Shown: positions 1 to 9,926 of the stretch, one piece after another
Layout of the letters: each line of letters starts with the position of its first letter
How positions within the stretch are numbered: the first letter of the stretch is position 1
Origin: a virus
Lineage: Duplodnaviria > Heunggongvirae > Uroviricota > Caudoviricetes
Length of the DNA: 47,567 nt
IMG/VR virus record: IMGVR_UViG_2913112809_000003
Reading direction: 5' to 3' (one strand)
Position numbers and translations under genes: made by a program
The notes under the pieces: generated by a model
Told to the model about the DNA's origin: nothing
What the model saw: only the letters and a program-made list of their open reading frames with translations
The model's database searches: none

Positions 1-603
1 TCAAGCACCTGTTGCGGCTAATTTACAAGCGGGTTTGTCGGGAAATTTCACAGGTAATTCAGACGTGTCCGTCGCTTCAACTTTTTGGGCATACAACATC
101 CACTCCCTGAGTGATTTTTTATCAGCTTCGCTGATAATCCCAAGTGACAGCCACGTTTGCCACAGCTGTGTTTTTTCCATTATCTCCTGAAGTAATTTTT
201 GCTTCTCCCGTTCAGCGTCACGAATTTTCGCCGCCCTTTCGGCCTCGTCGTCTTTTATCCATTTCGCACCATCCCATTGATGGAATTCCCCCTCTGGCGG
301 TAAAGTGGTGACATCATCCGGCAAAGCCCCCGGACGGGAAATGCACAATGTCTTCCCGGTGGCTGTGTCATATACCGTTTTCCCACGGTGATCTTCAACA
401 ACTTCCCACTGTTGCTGTGCATCGTTGAAAACGGCAACCTGGCCGGGGCCAGCCTCTGGCGGTTCGATAAGCGTGCAGTTCGCCGGTAATCCTGTATTCG
501 GCGGAATATAAACATCTCCTGCGCCTATATACTCTTTTGTATCAGCCCGTAAGTTATAAATTTTCAGTGTCCGGGATTCTGGACTCATTTTGAAATGTGT
601 CAT
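1..603 (-). CDS. tail fiber assembly protein (Tfa-type chaperone)
   Basis: 200-aa ORF with stop at window positions 1-3; C-terminal region resembles the second Tfa copy at 7978-8523; lies immediately downstream of a tail fiber gene, overlapping its stop by 4 nt. Confidence 0.75.
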   Translation of the reverse strand: MTHFKMSPESRTLKIYNLRADTKEYIGAGDVYIPPNTGLPANCTLIEPPEAGPGQVAVFNDAQQQWEVVEDHRGKTVYDTATGKTLCISRPGALPDDVTTLPPEGEFHQWDGAKWIKDDEAERAAKIRDAEREKQKLLQEIMEKTQLWQTWLSLGIISEADKKSLREWMLYAQKVEATDTSELPVKFPDKPACKLAATGA

Positions 604-1997
604 GCCAGCCTCACAATGAAGTTAAACGCGATATTTTTAACTGTATTTTCTGCATTACCCGTCTCATCAACTGTGACATCATGACCATGCGCGCCCAGTG
701 CCACGGTATGAATATGCGGGCCGATATAAACCACATGCACATGCTCGCCTCCGCTGCTGGTTGCTATATCCGCTATATATCCTGGCGTGTCCCACTTTGT
801 TCCTCCGTTCCTCGTTGTAGAACCTGTCCAGACTCCGTTGGTAATGTGATTATGCAATCCTCCATGCTCTGTACTTTTAGAGCCATAATCAAAGGAACTT
901 GTCTCCCTGGCCCCCAAATCCGTCGGTAATACCTTTGCCGTATGCCCGTGCCGCTTAACACCATCCTCTTCATGAGACAGTACTGCGCGCCCGTCTGGTT
1001 TGCCTTTTATTGTCCACCCCCGCATATCAGGTATTACACCTGACGGAAATACAGCTGCCAGTTGTGGATACGCAGATTTATCGAATGGCTGCCCCTGCAT
1101 TATTGCAAACCCCTCCGGGGGAATATCCGCTGGCCATGCAAAAGCTATCCCTGCCGGATAAGTACCGACAGATTTCAGTTCATCGACCGCTTTTCTGGCG
1201 CTGTCACTGTACTCTTTTGCATCCTCTGAACTTTTCCTGGATTCGTCGGCAAAGCGGCCGGCTTCGTTTCTTAACTGCGTTGTCAGCTGTGCATTCTGCT
1301 CCACAGACTGCGCTGCATCCGTTACTGTCAGGGTATTCTGATGCACCTGGCTGGCATTCTGCGCAACTTCTGATGCCAGACGCTCAACATGCTGTACGTT
1401 CTGATAAACATCGCCTGCATTCTGCCGAATATCTGTCGCCAGGATTTCCACCTGCTTTTCAGTTTGTGCAGCATCCGAAGCGTGCTGTCCGGCACTTTGC
1501 GCGCATCCCGCAGCGATTTCGGCATTCTTCCGTGATTGTTCTTTAAATTCCTCCGCCTTATTTGTATTGTCCAGAGCCGCTGATGCTGCATTTTTTGCAG
1601 CATCAGCAGCTGCTTCTGCTTTCTCCTTGTCAATACTCACCTGTTCAGAGAGACGGTTGACTGCATCTGCAATTTCCTCAAAACGCTTCACCACATCCGG
1701 CTTCAGGTCGTCTTCATCAAGGGCGGTAAGGAAGTCGTTCAGCGTGCCGGGTCTGGAGTCTTCATAAACTGAAATGTCACCGACACAATATTCTCTTTCA
1801 ATGCACGACCGAAGATATACATCATATTTTCCGGTCTGAGCCTCAAAGGCATATTCTCCTGCCGCCCCTGTCACCACTGCAGCCACCGTTCTCATGACCA
1901 CTACAGATGTATTCTGCCTGGCTTTCAGAATAATATGGTATCCGGACATGGGGAGTCCCGCGCCATCAGTCAGCACACCTGAAATTAATACAGCCAT
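600..1997 (-). CDS. side tail fiber protein (Stf-like)
   Basis: 465-aa ORF with an Ala/Gln/Glu-rich central segment and a Gly/His-rich C-terminal region typical of lambdoid side tail fibers; followed by a Tfa chaperone gene. Confidence 0.75.
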   Translation of the reverse strand: MAVLISGVLTDGAGLPMSGYHIILKARQNTSVVVMRTVAAVVTGAAGEYAFEAQTGKYDVYLRSCIEREYCVGDISVYEDSRPGTLNDFLTALDEDDLKPDVVKRFEEIADAVNRLSEQVSIDKEKAEAAADAAKNAASAALDNTNKAEEFKEQSRKNAEIAAGCAQSAGQHASDAAQTEKQVEILATDIRQNAGDVYQNVQHVERLASEVAQNASQVHQNTLTVTDAAQSVEQNAQLTTQLRNEAGRFADESRKSSEDAKEYSDSARKAVDELKSVGTYPAGIAFAWPADIPPEGFAIMQGQPFDKSAYPQLAAVFPSGVIPDMRGWTIKGKPDGRAVLSHEEDGVKRHGHTAKVLPTDLGARETSSFDYGSKSTEHGGLHNHITNGVWTGSTTRNGGTKWDTPGYIADIATSSGGEHVHVVYIGPHIHTVALGAHGHDVTVDETGNAENTVKNIAFNFIVRLA

Positions 1998-2021
1998 TTT
2001 TATTACCTGATACAGAAAACA

Positions 2022-3122
2022 CTAACCAAAATAATTCACGCCCTTTTTATCCGCTTTCTTCTTCCCTGAGGCCTTCCCTTTCGCGGAAATATCGGTCGCC
2101 AGCGACAGATTCAGCGCAAACCCATGCCCTGGTGCCAGTGAAAACTCCACTGACTCTGCCTGCCAGTTATGATCTTCCCGTACTCCAAACCCCTGCGTGA
2201 TAAAACGCATCTCTGCTCCCGCTTTCAGCAGTGCCGGTCTGCACGGTAGCGTTATCGTCATCTGGCGTCCGGCTTTCTGCACGCGTTTAACTTTCGAGTC
2301 TGCACAGTGTTTTGCGGTGCCCTGGTCAGGCTGGGTAAACGGATGCCGCTTGTCTGTAGACTCCACATCCACTTTAACTTCTCGTGTGCGTCCGTCACGG
2401 GTATCAAAATATCGGACACCCACTTTCCCATTCTTTTTGTCTCCCTTCCCACTACCCGCAGCACCCTGTCGTTCGCCCTCCCGGTAATCCCAGTCTGACA
2501 CCATATCCGGTGTGATGGTCATCACTGGGGTATCTCTTCCGCCTGTACTCTGCGATGCACCATACTCCAGAAATAACCAGTAACCGTTCGTCGGTTTACT
2601 GGTGGCACCATACACGCCTGCAAGCCGGGACAGGAGGGCTGCGTCTGATTCTGATGACTGCATCACCCAGGAGATACGAATATCAGCAAGCGATGGTGAA
2701 ACCCGCGCCACCAGATTATTTTCAGTGGCGATGGTTTTTACCAGGTCGCCCAGCGTGATATCGCTGAAGGCGCGGGTTTTCAGTGCGGTCACATCCGCGC
2801 CATGTCTGGACGCATTCATGGGGGCTGCGGTGGCATAAATGGTGATCCGGCGGGGAGGGCCACCGCTTGCCACCTGACAGACGGTAAAGCTGCCTTTATT
2901 TACCAGATTTCCATTAAATCCCAGCCCCAGCGTTAATACCGCACCTTTCGGAGGCAGCGCCATCGTCTCGCTGAACAGCGTTACCATCAGTTCATCGGAT
3001 CGCTTTGTGGCCGCACCATTATCGGTATAACGCAGTTCTGCCAGCCCCCGCTTTATGGCCTTTGTGATATCATTACCTTCCGCTGTCAGACTGAAATCAG
3101 GCTGATATTCATTCAGTCCCAT
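2022..3122 (-). CDS. tail protein D (P2 gpD-like late control D)
   Basis: 366-aa ORF at the end of the U-X-D block in P2 gene order; sequence resembles gpD-family tail proteins. Confidence 0.8.
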   Translation of the reverse strand: MGLNEYQPDFSLTAEGNDITKAIKRGLAELRYTDNGAATKRSDELMVTLFSETMALPPKGAVLTLGLGFNGNLVNKGSFTVCQVASGGPPRRITIYATAAPMNASRHGADVTALKTRAFSDITLGDLVKTIATENNLVARVSPSLADIRISWVMQSSESDAALLSRLAGVYGATSKPTNGYWLFLEYGASQSTGGRDTPVMTITPDMVSDWDYREGERQGAAGSGKGDKKNGKVGVRYFDTRDGRTREVKVDVESTDKRHPFTQPDQGTAKHCADSKVKRVQKAGRQMTITLPCRPALLKAGAEMRFITQGFGVREDHNWQAESVEFSLAPGHGFALNLSLATDISAKGKASGKKKADKKGVNYFG

Positions 3123-3331
3123 AACTGAAACGCCTCCTCCTCTTCCGGCTCATATGTCCAGTCCGGCAACACGATTTCCACCCCTGCGGGATACACCGGA
3201 CCAAAGTCAGCAATCCCCGGATTAGCCTCCAGTACCGCTGCCAGTGACTGGTTAAGTCCGGCACTGCCATAGTGTCTCTGACAGATATCATCCAGCATAT
3301 CGCCGTCAGTGGTCCGCCAGTTTTTCGCCAT
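3113..3331 (-). CDS. tail protein X
   Basis: 72-aa ORF between the gpU-like and gpD-like genes, the usual position of tail protein X in P2-like tails. Confidence 0.7.
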   Translation of the reverse strand: MAKNWRTTDGDMLDDICQRHYGSAGLNQSLAAVLEANPGIADFGPVYPAGVEIVLPDWTYEPEEEEAFQLWD

Positions 3332-3782
3332 AGTATTTCAGCTCCAGTGTGAACGTTTTGTTCTTCGGCGCACCGCCGGGAAGAAAGGACGTGGTGTTAT
3401 CTGAATAGGCAGTTGCCACAAAATACCCCATCACATCACCTGTGCTCGAAACCAGAAGATGCGGAGCCGGATTGTCATCCACCATCTGAACCAGTGTATC
3501 AAGGGCATCCATTCCCACACCGTCACGAAATCCCGCATGCACCATACCTTCAAGGGTTATTGTTCTGGCCCCCTTACCGGTATACTGCAGCAGGTCGTTT
3601 TTTCCGATAAGTTGCTGTTCATCCCATCGCCATTCCATAGTGCGCTTCATGGCGTTATAGGCTGCCGTATCAATACTGAATTCAAACTCACCAAACGACA
3701 GCATGACGCGGGAGGCGACATCCGTTAATGAGCCCACCGCGTCCCATGCTTCACGCTCAAGCCGGTTTACGCCCCAGCCCAC
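3306..3782 (-). CDS. tail protein U (P2 gpU-like)
   Basis: 158-aa ORF directly downstream of the tape measure gene, matching the T-U-(X)-D order. Confidence 0.7.
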   Translation of the reverse strand: MGWGVNRLEREAWDAVGSLTDVASRVMLSFGEFEFSIDTAAYNAMKRTMEWRWDEQQLIGKNDLLQYTGKGARTITLEGMVHAGFRDGVGMDALDTLVQMVDDNPAPHLLVSSTGDVMGYFVATAYSDNTTSFLPGGAPKNKTFTLELKYYGEKLADH

Positions 3783-3797
3783 GTAAATCCACCATGT

Positions 3798-5450
3798 TCA
3801 CCCCCAGAATGCATCACCATCGGTCATGCGGGAACGCTGACCAAAATTAATATCTCCCAGATTTCTCATTACCCTGTCTGCCAGTTGTCCGGCATCCTCG
3901 CCGGGCTTCTGGGTGATGTTAAATTCCGCTCGTATCTGATACGTGGGTTTTACTTCCACCTGGCTGATATTGCCGGGGGTATACTGAAGAGCCGAGAGAG
4001 GGTCCGAATTACCCTGCCCATGGTCTGCTGCAGGAAGTCCGTCAATGTAGGTGCGGGATTTCTCTTTTATCGCCTTAAAATCAGGTTCTTCTTTCGGCCC
4101 CAACAAAGGGTCGAGAAAAGCATCAAACTTTTTATCATCATGATTCCAGGGGAGATAACCGCGAGTGTCTTTATAGGCCTGTACAACCTGTTTCGTCAGC
4201 TCCGGATTTTGCCTGAGCAGTTCATCAAACCACTCCCCCTGACCGTTTTTCTGCGCTACCGCTCTCGCCAGCTCCGGCGACCCCATTTTTGCCAGATATT
4301 CCAGCACTTCTCGTCGGTCCTCTCGCGGATCATCCGCCAGCCCCCACTCAATGGCTTTCTGCGTTATTCCGGCAAGAACTTTTCCAAATTTCCACATCCA
4401 CGCAGCCATGTCGATCAGCGCCGGCAGGGCATCATCACGGATAAATGCCCGGATTTTTTCCAGCCCACCATTCTTAAACCAGGCCGCAAGGTCATCCGTC
4501 ACCTGTTGAATATGTGGAGCAAGTTCATTACCCAGCTGTCCGCTGATTTCATCAATTGAAGAACTCAGAACATAACGGAAATTTGACAACGCCACATGCC
4601 CCTGAACTGCGCCATCAGCCCCTTCCTTTGTCACCAGGTTATAGCGTTTCTGCTCACTGATAAGTTCCTGGAAGGTCTTTCCTGACAGACGCATCCAGGT
4701 CAGGATTTTATTGGCTTCACCACCAAATAACGCATCTGCCATCCCCGCAGCCTGCTGCTCATTCGCCACCTGCAGTAAGCGTTCAAACAAAAACTCGACC
4801 TGCTCCTGGTTGTTTTTTCCGGCCATTACGCCCGCTTTCAGCCCAAGTTTACCGAATACGTCCTGAATGGCTCCTTTGTCCTTGGCACCATTATCATCGT
4901 CAAAAACCTTGTTCCGGTATTCCTCAAACAGATCACCGATGTTTTCGCCGTTTAACCCCATCTGCCGGCCCAGTGAATCCCACGCCGCATAGGTTTCATA
5001 ATCCACCCCGTAACTCCGGGCTATCCCTGACCGCTCTGCCGTTTCCGCATTCCGGTTCAGTACCGCGCCGGCACCGGCTGCCAGCGTAAGCCCGGAACCA
5101 ACCGAAAGCCCCAGCCCGGTTTTAAGAACAGTCCCGGCCCGTCCTTTCCAGCGTTCCAGACGTTCTGCCCGCGCCAGCTTACGGTTAAATTTATCCTGTT
5201 CCCCGGTGGCATCATGAATTTTTCTGCCCAGCTTTTCATACTGCTTTCGCAGTTCGGTAATATCCTGTCCTGCCAGTACACCAGCCTGAATTTTTCGTTT
5301 CAGTACGTCCTGCTGGCGTGTCAGGCGAGCCACTTCCTGTGTTGCCCCTGATAATCCGTGCTTCAGTCCATCAACCGATTTTTTCCACGACGGATCTATC
5401 GAACCTCCGATCCGGATATTCGCTTTAAGGTTATCGCCCACCGTTGCCAT
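3798..5450 (-). CDS. tail tape measure protein
   Basis: 550-aa ORF, Ala/Gly/Leu-rich and predicted helical, directly downstream of the E/E' chaperone gene. Confidence 0.8.
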   Translation of the reverse strand: MATVGDNLKANIRIGGSIDPSWKKSVDGLKHGLSGATQEVARLTRQQDVLKRKIQAGVLAGQDITELRKQYEKLGRKIHDATGEQDKFNRKLARAERLERWKGRAGTVLKTGLGLSVGSGLTLAAGAGAVLNRNAETAERSGIARSYGVDYETYAAWDSLGRQMGLNGENIGDLFEEYRNKVFDDDNGAKDKGAIQDVFGKLGLKAGVMAGKNNQEQVEFLFERLLQVANEQQAAGMADALFGGEANKILTWMRLSGKTFQELISEQKRYNLVTKEGADGAVQGHVALSNFRYVLSSSIDEISGQLGNELAPHIQQVTDDLAAWFKNGGLEKIRAFIRDDALPALIDMAAWMWKFGKVLAGITQKAIEWGLADDPREDRREVLEYLAKMGSPELARAVAQKNGQGEWFDELLRQNPELTKQVVQAYKDTRGYLPWNHDDKKFDAFLDPLLGPKEEPDFKAIKEKSRTYIDGLPAADHGQGNSDPLSALQYTPGNISQVEVKPTYQIRAEFNITQKPGEDAGQLADRVMRNLGDINFGQRSRMTDGDAFWG

Positions 5451-5870
5451 AACATCGCTTCCTCTCTTCCGACTCCGCCAGCATCATTGCCACAAAATCC
5501 GTATACGGCAGCGCCATCACATCTCCCGGAGACCACCCGAACCAGGCACCGGCGCGCCGTATCGCCGTCAGGATGCTTTCTTCTTCCGCCGGACCGGCGG
5601 CAGCAAAAAAACATTGAACTGCCGCTCCAGGGTCAGGTAATCACACGCTTCCATGTTCATCATGTCCGCCGCGTCCATCCCGCACAGACCGGCAATCATA
5701 TCCAGATCAGCCTCTGCTTCCGGTTTGGTACTCCGGCGATGCAACAGACGATCGCGGACGGTAGGCGCACGCATGGTGACATGCGTGATCGTCTGTCCTG
5801 ATGCGGTGACATACGGCACGGATAACACAATTTCCACACTGCTGGCGGGAACACTGTTTTTTTCCAACAT
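5431..5870 (-). CDS. tail assembly chaperone E+E' (predicted -1 frameshift fusion product)
   Basis: The -1 frame stays open from the slippery heptamer (minus strand, plus coordinates 5604-5610) to a TAA at 5431-5433, adding about 56 acidic residues and overlapping the tape measure start, as in P2 E/E' and lambda G/GT. Confidence 0.5.
5568..5870 (-). CDS. tail assembly chaperone E (zero-frame product)
   Basis: 100-aa ORF between tail tube and tape measure genes; contains the slippery tract T TTT TTG near its 3' end. Confidence 0.75.
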   Translation of the reverse strand: MLEKNSVPASSVEIVLSVPYVTASGQTITHVTMRAPTVRDRLLHRRSTKPEAEADLDMIAGLCGMDAADMMNMEACDYLTLERQFNVFLLPPVRRKKKAS

Positions 5871-5931
5871 AATCGTCTCCTTTTAAAAAAGAAAAGGCGG
5901 CCTGAGCCGCCTGAATGACAGGATGCCGGGA

Positions 5932-6450
5932 TTAAACCCGGATAATTTTTTTCAGATCCGACAGAACATTAACGCCGTTAATACGACGCACAAATTCCTC
6001 CGGAATAATGCAGATGGTTTCCAGACCGTCGACAGCCTGACGGTAATAACTCAGTGACATTTCCACCGTCACCGAAGCCTCAGCCTGTGATGTTGCCGGG
6101 CGCGCATCCGGGGTGATACTGGTGATCATCCCCTGCAGGGTTTCCACCTGTCCGCTGGTCGCATTCCCCACCCGGTAAGCCTGACGAACAACGATCTCCG
6201 GTGAATAAAGTCCGGCCTGCAACCCCAGCAGAGTCAGCATGGCAACATCGTAGCCATAAATTTTAAATGAGCAGGTCAGTGCTTCCATGCCATCATCCAC
6301 TGCTACCGGTGCATCCATTGCGCCGGTTTTGATATCCACTGTCGTGATATTAATGGCAGGCGGCGTGTATTCATGTGCCCCCTGAAGACGGATCCCGCCA
6401 GGAAGAAATAACGCCCACGCGCGCAACAGTTTTTTTTCACCCGTAATCAT
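5932..6450 (-). CDS. tail tube protein (P2 FII-like)
   Basis: 172-aa ORF immediately downstream of the sheath gene with a 4-nt overlap. Confidence 0.85.
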   Translation of the reverse strand: MITGEKKLLRAWALFLPGGIRLQGAHEYTPPAINITTVDIKTGAMDAPVAVDDGMEALTCSFKIYGYDVAMLTLLGLQAGLYSPEIVVRQAYRVGNATSGQVETLQGMITSITPDARPATSQAEASVTVEMSLSYYRQAVDGLETICIIPEEFVRRINGVNVLSDLKKIIRV

Positions 6451-7922
6451 ACTGTCAGCTCCTCCAGCGCCAGTTTATTGTTAATCATCGCCCGCAGTGT
6501 CAGGCGCTCCAGTGGTGACTTCGGCCCAAAGTCATAATCAATATACAACCGCCCTGCCGCCAGGGTTTCTGCTGTATTCAGTTCATCATTCAGCCAGGCA
6601 CTGCCCCCGTGGATCGCGCCCAGATTTTTAAGCTGGCGCATATAGGCATTAATACTGCCAAGAATGTCTTCTGCCACATCCCGATCAAGCGGTCGGTCGA
6701 CATAAGGCAGCATGGCCTCCTGAATGCTGTCTTCAATCACATCTGCTGTACGGCGTACCGGCTCAAAACGCCACTGGCTGTGGGATGAGCACAGACGGTT
6801 CCCCCAGTGTTTAAAACCGTCGTGGCGAATAATGGTGGAGATATTTTCCATGTTCAGCAGGTTTGCTGTGCAGTTCTGCTCTCCGAGAATAAATGTGTCA
6901 ACCTGCTCCAGTCCGGTGATATTCATCACGTCCTGGTTTGACTTGGACCACCACCATCCTTTTTCGTAATCAATACGGGCACGTAGCCCTGCAGCTCGTG
7001 CTGAATACGGACGAAATACCGTCTGCCCGCTGTCATCCATCACTGACACGCGCGGACGCAGCAGCTCCACACGCCCGCCAAAGGACGCACGTCGCTGAAC
7101 CACATCCTGCGGCGTTGCCATTGAGGGAGAGTCTATATAGGCCACGGCCCGTAACTTCGCTGCGTACGTTTCCAGCGCCTTTGCCACGCCATCATCCTCA
7201 CTGTAACCAGTAGCGATAAGAATGCGCGGCTGGTAGCCCGTTTTTCCTTTGCTTTCCATCAGGGCTTCCATTGCCCGAATGACTGCCGCGCGCTGTTCTG
7301 CTTCCTTTGCCTTCGTTTTGCTTTCCGCACGCACCACAATCACCAGCGCACCTGTCTGGTCAAAAATATCACGCAGGGCCGGATATAATGTCCCGGCTGC
7401 GCCCAGTTTCCCGGCCTGAGTTAACGCCCCCGCCACCACCACCGGTGTATTAACCGGAAACGCCTCATCCTCTCCGCCGGATAAGGTCAGACTGAACGGC
7501 GACACCACATTATTTTCTGCACCCTCTGCATTCAGTGGACTGACCGCCACTGTCACTGGCGAATCACCCAGTGCATTCACCACCTCAATCACACGAGCCA
7601 CCGTGGTGTTAACCTGGCTGCGTTCATCCGTACCCAGCGTTATCATCAGGGTCGAACCTTCCAGCGAAGCCGCTGTCTGCGCGCTTTGCTTTGTGGCAGC
7701 GACAGCAACAACCGAAATATTATTGCCAGCCCTACCTTCCTGTTTCGCCGTAAAATCCAGCGCCGTTCCCAGCAGCCACGAACCGGCTGTACCGGAAGCA
7801 CACACACCACCGGAGGCGTCCGGCGCGGTCCCCACCAGGCCAATTACAGCTGTGGAGATGGTCTGCACGGCAACCGTGCCTGTCGTCAGTTCAATGGTTT
7901 CAACACCATGTAGTCCGGACAT
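6447..7922 (-). CDS. tail sheath protein (P2 FI-like)
   Basis: Start set at the in-frame ATG at 7922 preceded by GGGAGA; N-terminus MSGLHGVETIE aligns with the P2 FI N-terminus as recalled. Confidence 0.9.
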   Translation of the reverse strand: MSGLHGVETIELTTGTVAVQTISTAVIGLVGTAPDASGGVCASGTAGSWLLGTALDFTAKQEGRAGNNISVVAVAATKQSAQTAASLEGSTLMITLGTDERSQVNTTVARVIEVVNALGDSPVTVAVSPLNAEGAENNVVSPFSLTLSGGEDEAFPVNTPVVVAGALTQAGKLGAAGTLYPALRDIFDQTGALVIVVRAESKTKAKEAEQRAAVIRAMEALMESKGKTGYQPRILIATGYSEDDGVAKALETYAAKLRAVAYIDSPSMATPQDVVQRRASFGGRVELLRPRVSVMDDSGQTVFRPYSARAAGLRARIDYEKGWWWSKSNQDVMNITGLEQVDTFILGEQNCTANLLNMENISTIIRHDGFKHWGNRLCSSHSQWRFEPVRRTADVIEDSIQEAMLPYVDRPLDRDVAEDILGSINAYMRQLKNLGAIHGGSAWLNDELNTAETLAAGRLYIDYDFGPKSPLERLTLRAMINNKLALEELTV

Positions 7923-7933
7923 ACATTTCTCCC

Positions 7934-7958
7934 ATAAAAAAACCGCCCTTAAGGCGGT
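7934..7958 (-). terminator. intrinsic terminator between the fiber operon and the sheath operon
   Basis: Hairpin ACCGCC-cttaa-GGCGGT followed on the minus strand by a T7 run, lying between the Tfa stop (7978) and the sheath start (7922). Confidence 0.5.
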
Positions 7959-7977
7959 CAGATAATTCATTTCTTTT

Positions 7978-8523
7978 TCAGATATTTTGTGGTGGCTCAG
8001 GCCAGACGATATTGTTGTAAGTGGCCTTATCCGAAATATTGCTGAAATCCATCATCTGCAATTTCTTTGCGTAAATACGGTACGCCTTCAGCTTTTCTTT
8101 ATCTTCGTCGCTGATTAACCCAAGTTGCAGGTCTTTTTCCCACTCGCTGGTCACGATACTGACCTGCTTTAACAGAGCATCGCGTTCGTCTTCTGCTTTT
8201 AATTTGTAGTCGAAAACAAATTCATCATTCCGGTAAAACCAGTAGCCTGACGCTGCAATACGACGATTCGCGGTAATGTCCGGCAGTTCAATTACGCTTT
8301 TATTTTCCGGGCAAACCGATGTGATATTTTTCCCGACCCAGACGACTTCTCCCGTTTTGACATAAATCACTTTGAGAGTGTCTGGCTGAAATTTTTCCTG
8401 AGCTTCATGCCATTCCTGACCATCCTCTGAGAACAGCCACAATAAAAATTTATGCTGTCGTGCCAGTTGGTATTGCTCAATCGTTTTAGGGTTCTGAACA
8501 GAAATATTTTTTAAATGCATCAT
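7978..8523 (-). CDS. tail fiber assembly protein (second Tfa copy)
   Basis: 181-aa ORF immediately downstream of the gpH-like fiber gene; C-terminal region is similar to the Tfa at 1-603. Confidence 0.75.
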   Translation of the reverse strand: MMHLKNISVQNPKTIEQYQLARQHKFLLWLFSEDGQEWHEAQEKFQPDTLKVIYVKTGEVVWVGKNITSVCPENKSVIELPDITANRRIAASGYWFYRNDEFVFDYKLKAEDERDALLKQVSIVTSEWEKDLQLGLISDEDKEKLKAYRIYAKKLQMMDFSNISDKATYNNIVWPEPPQNI

Positions 8524-8525
8524 AA

Positions 8526-9914
8526 TTACAAACTCGCTACATTCCGCCAGACGCCATTAATCAGAACCTGCACCGGGCGGGCATTCGCCCAGTCCACGCT
8601 TTCGCCACCATCAACACCGCTCAGCAAATGGCCTGATGGTGCATTCCCTCCACGCCCAATCCCAACCGCACTCCCCAGTCGCACATCCTGTACGATCCCT
8701 GTTTTCATCTGGTAACGGGCATCAAAGTTTCCATAATTTGATGGCACTACCTGTCCGTTTACAGCGAACGTGATGCTGTTATCTGTATTCCTCTGGCTGT
8801 AAAAATGCCAGCCTGAATCATCACCAAGTTCAACAACTACGGGTCTGGATGAATGCCCCCATAAATTAAACGTTGCATTTTTCGCAGATTCGTTAGTGCT
8901 GGATAGCGTAAATTTCCTGGCATTTCCGGCCTGAATATTTTTTAACGCTATTGCCACCCCATTCTGAAAACGAAATACATGCTGTCCATTCGCATAAACA
9001 TCCAGAATGCCGTCGCCGTTTTGTTTTATACCTGTATCGTTATCTCCGAGAGCAATTGAGTTACCGCCCAGTGCGTTCTGAACGCCGATACCCAATGCAC
9101 CATTCACCTGAGAACCACCGCCAACAGACACTTTGTGGGACATGGATATCTCACCCGTCCGCAAATTTATGGTGAACGGACGCAGGGGGCCAATATCGCC
9201 ATTTTCACCCTGACCTTCACTGGTAGGGATAAGGTGCAGGCACTCTTCCGAACGACGAAAAATCAGGCCAAAAGCTTCGTTGAAAATCCTCAGCGCATTC
9301 ACACCATGGATTTTCAGTTCCCCGCTCATGGTGTCACCATCACGCTGAACGGCATTTTTTGCCTTGTCTACCGTGGGTTTTAATCCGAGGTTATCAATTG
9401 CTTCGTCATTGTCTTCCACATCTGAAAGATTGTTTTTTCGTTGCAGATAACGCCTGTCACCTGTTTCCTGGGTAATAATGGCCCTTTCAGGATCAATCTC
9501 CAGCGTCACATTCTGGGTGTGGGTAAGCGCCAGAACCATTGTCAGTATAACTTCTTTGATAACAGAATCAGTCTGCGCCGGTAAATACGTGTCGGGATAA
9601 CGACCATAAGCAATCAGCGTACCGCTGCTGCTAACCATTCCCAGCTCACGCAAGGTTCTTCCGGGATATTTTTTACAGTCAATGACAATGTCACCACTGA
9701 TAAATCCCTGCTCAACCTTACCTTCAGAAAACACTTCCTGACCAAATTGCCCCAACAATGCCGACATTGAAGCCATCTCATCCGGTGTTGATGGTAACGT
9801 TTTACCGCCGCCATCCCCCGTCAGTACATGAGTGATCGTAACCACCTGACCAGTCTGATAAGCCGATTCAATTTCGGCTGCTCCTTGTATTGTTAACGTC
9901 AGTCCTGATGGCAT
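8526..9914 (-). CDS. tail fiber protein (P2 gpH-like)
   Basis: 462-aa ORF in the H position of the V-W-J-I-H-G block; Gly-rich C-terminal receptor-binding region. Confidence 0.8.
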   Translation of the reverse strand: MPSGLTLTIQGAAEIESAYQTGQVVTITHVLTGDGGGKTLPSTPDEMASMSALLGQFGQEVFSEGKVEQGFISGDIVIDCKKYPGRTLRELGMVSSSGTLIAYGRYPDTYLPAQTDSVIKEVILTMVLALTHTQNVTLEIDPERAIITQETGDRRYLQRKNNLSDVEDNDEAIDNLGLKPTVDKAKNAVQRDGDTMSGELKIHGVNALRIFNEAFGLIFRRSEECLHLIPTSEGQGENGDIGPLRPFTINLRTGEISMSHKVSVGGGSQVNGALGIGVQNALGGNSIALGDNDTGIKQNGDGILDVYANGQHVFRFQNGVAIALKNIQAGNARKFTLSSTNESAKNATFNLWGHSSRPVVVELGDDSGWHFYSQRNTDNSITFAVNGQVVPSNYGNFDARYQMKTGIVQDVRLGSAVGIGRGGNAPSGHLLSGVDGGESVDWANARPVQVLINGVWRNVASL

Positions 9915-9926
9915 ACATTCTCCTTA

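Noticed and set aside
5396-5614. 72-aa ORF overlapping the 3' end of the E chaperone gene as the possible E' product
   Set aside because: It is in the +1 frame relative to E; the frame reached by a -1 slip on T TTT TTG is the other one, which runs to 5431.
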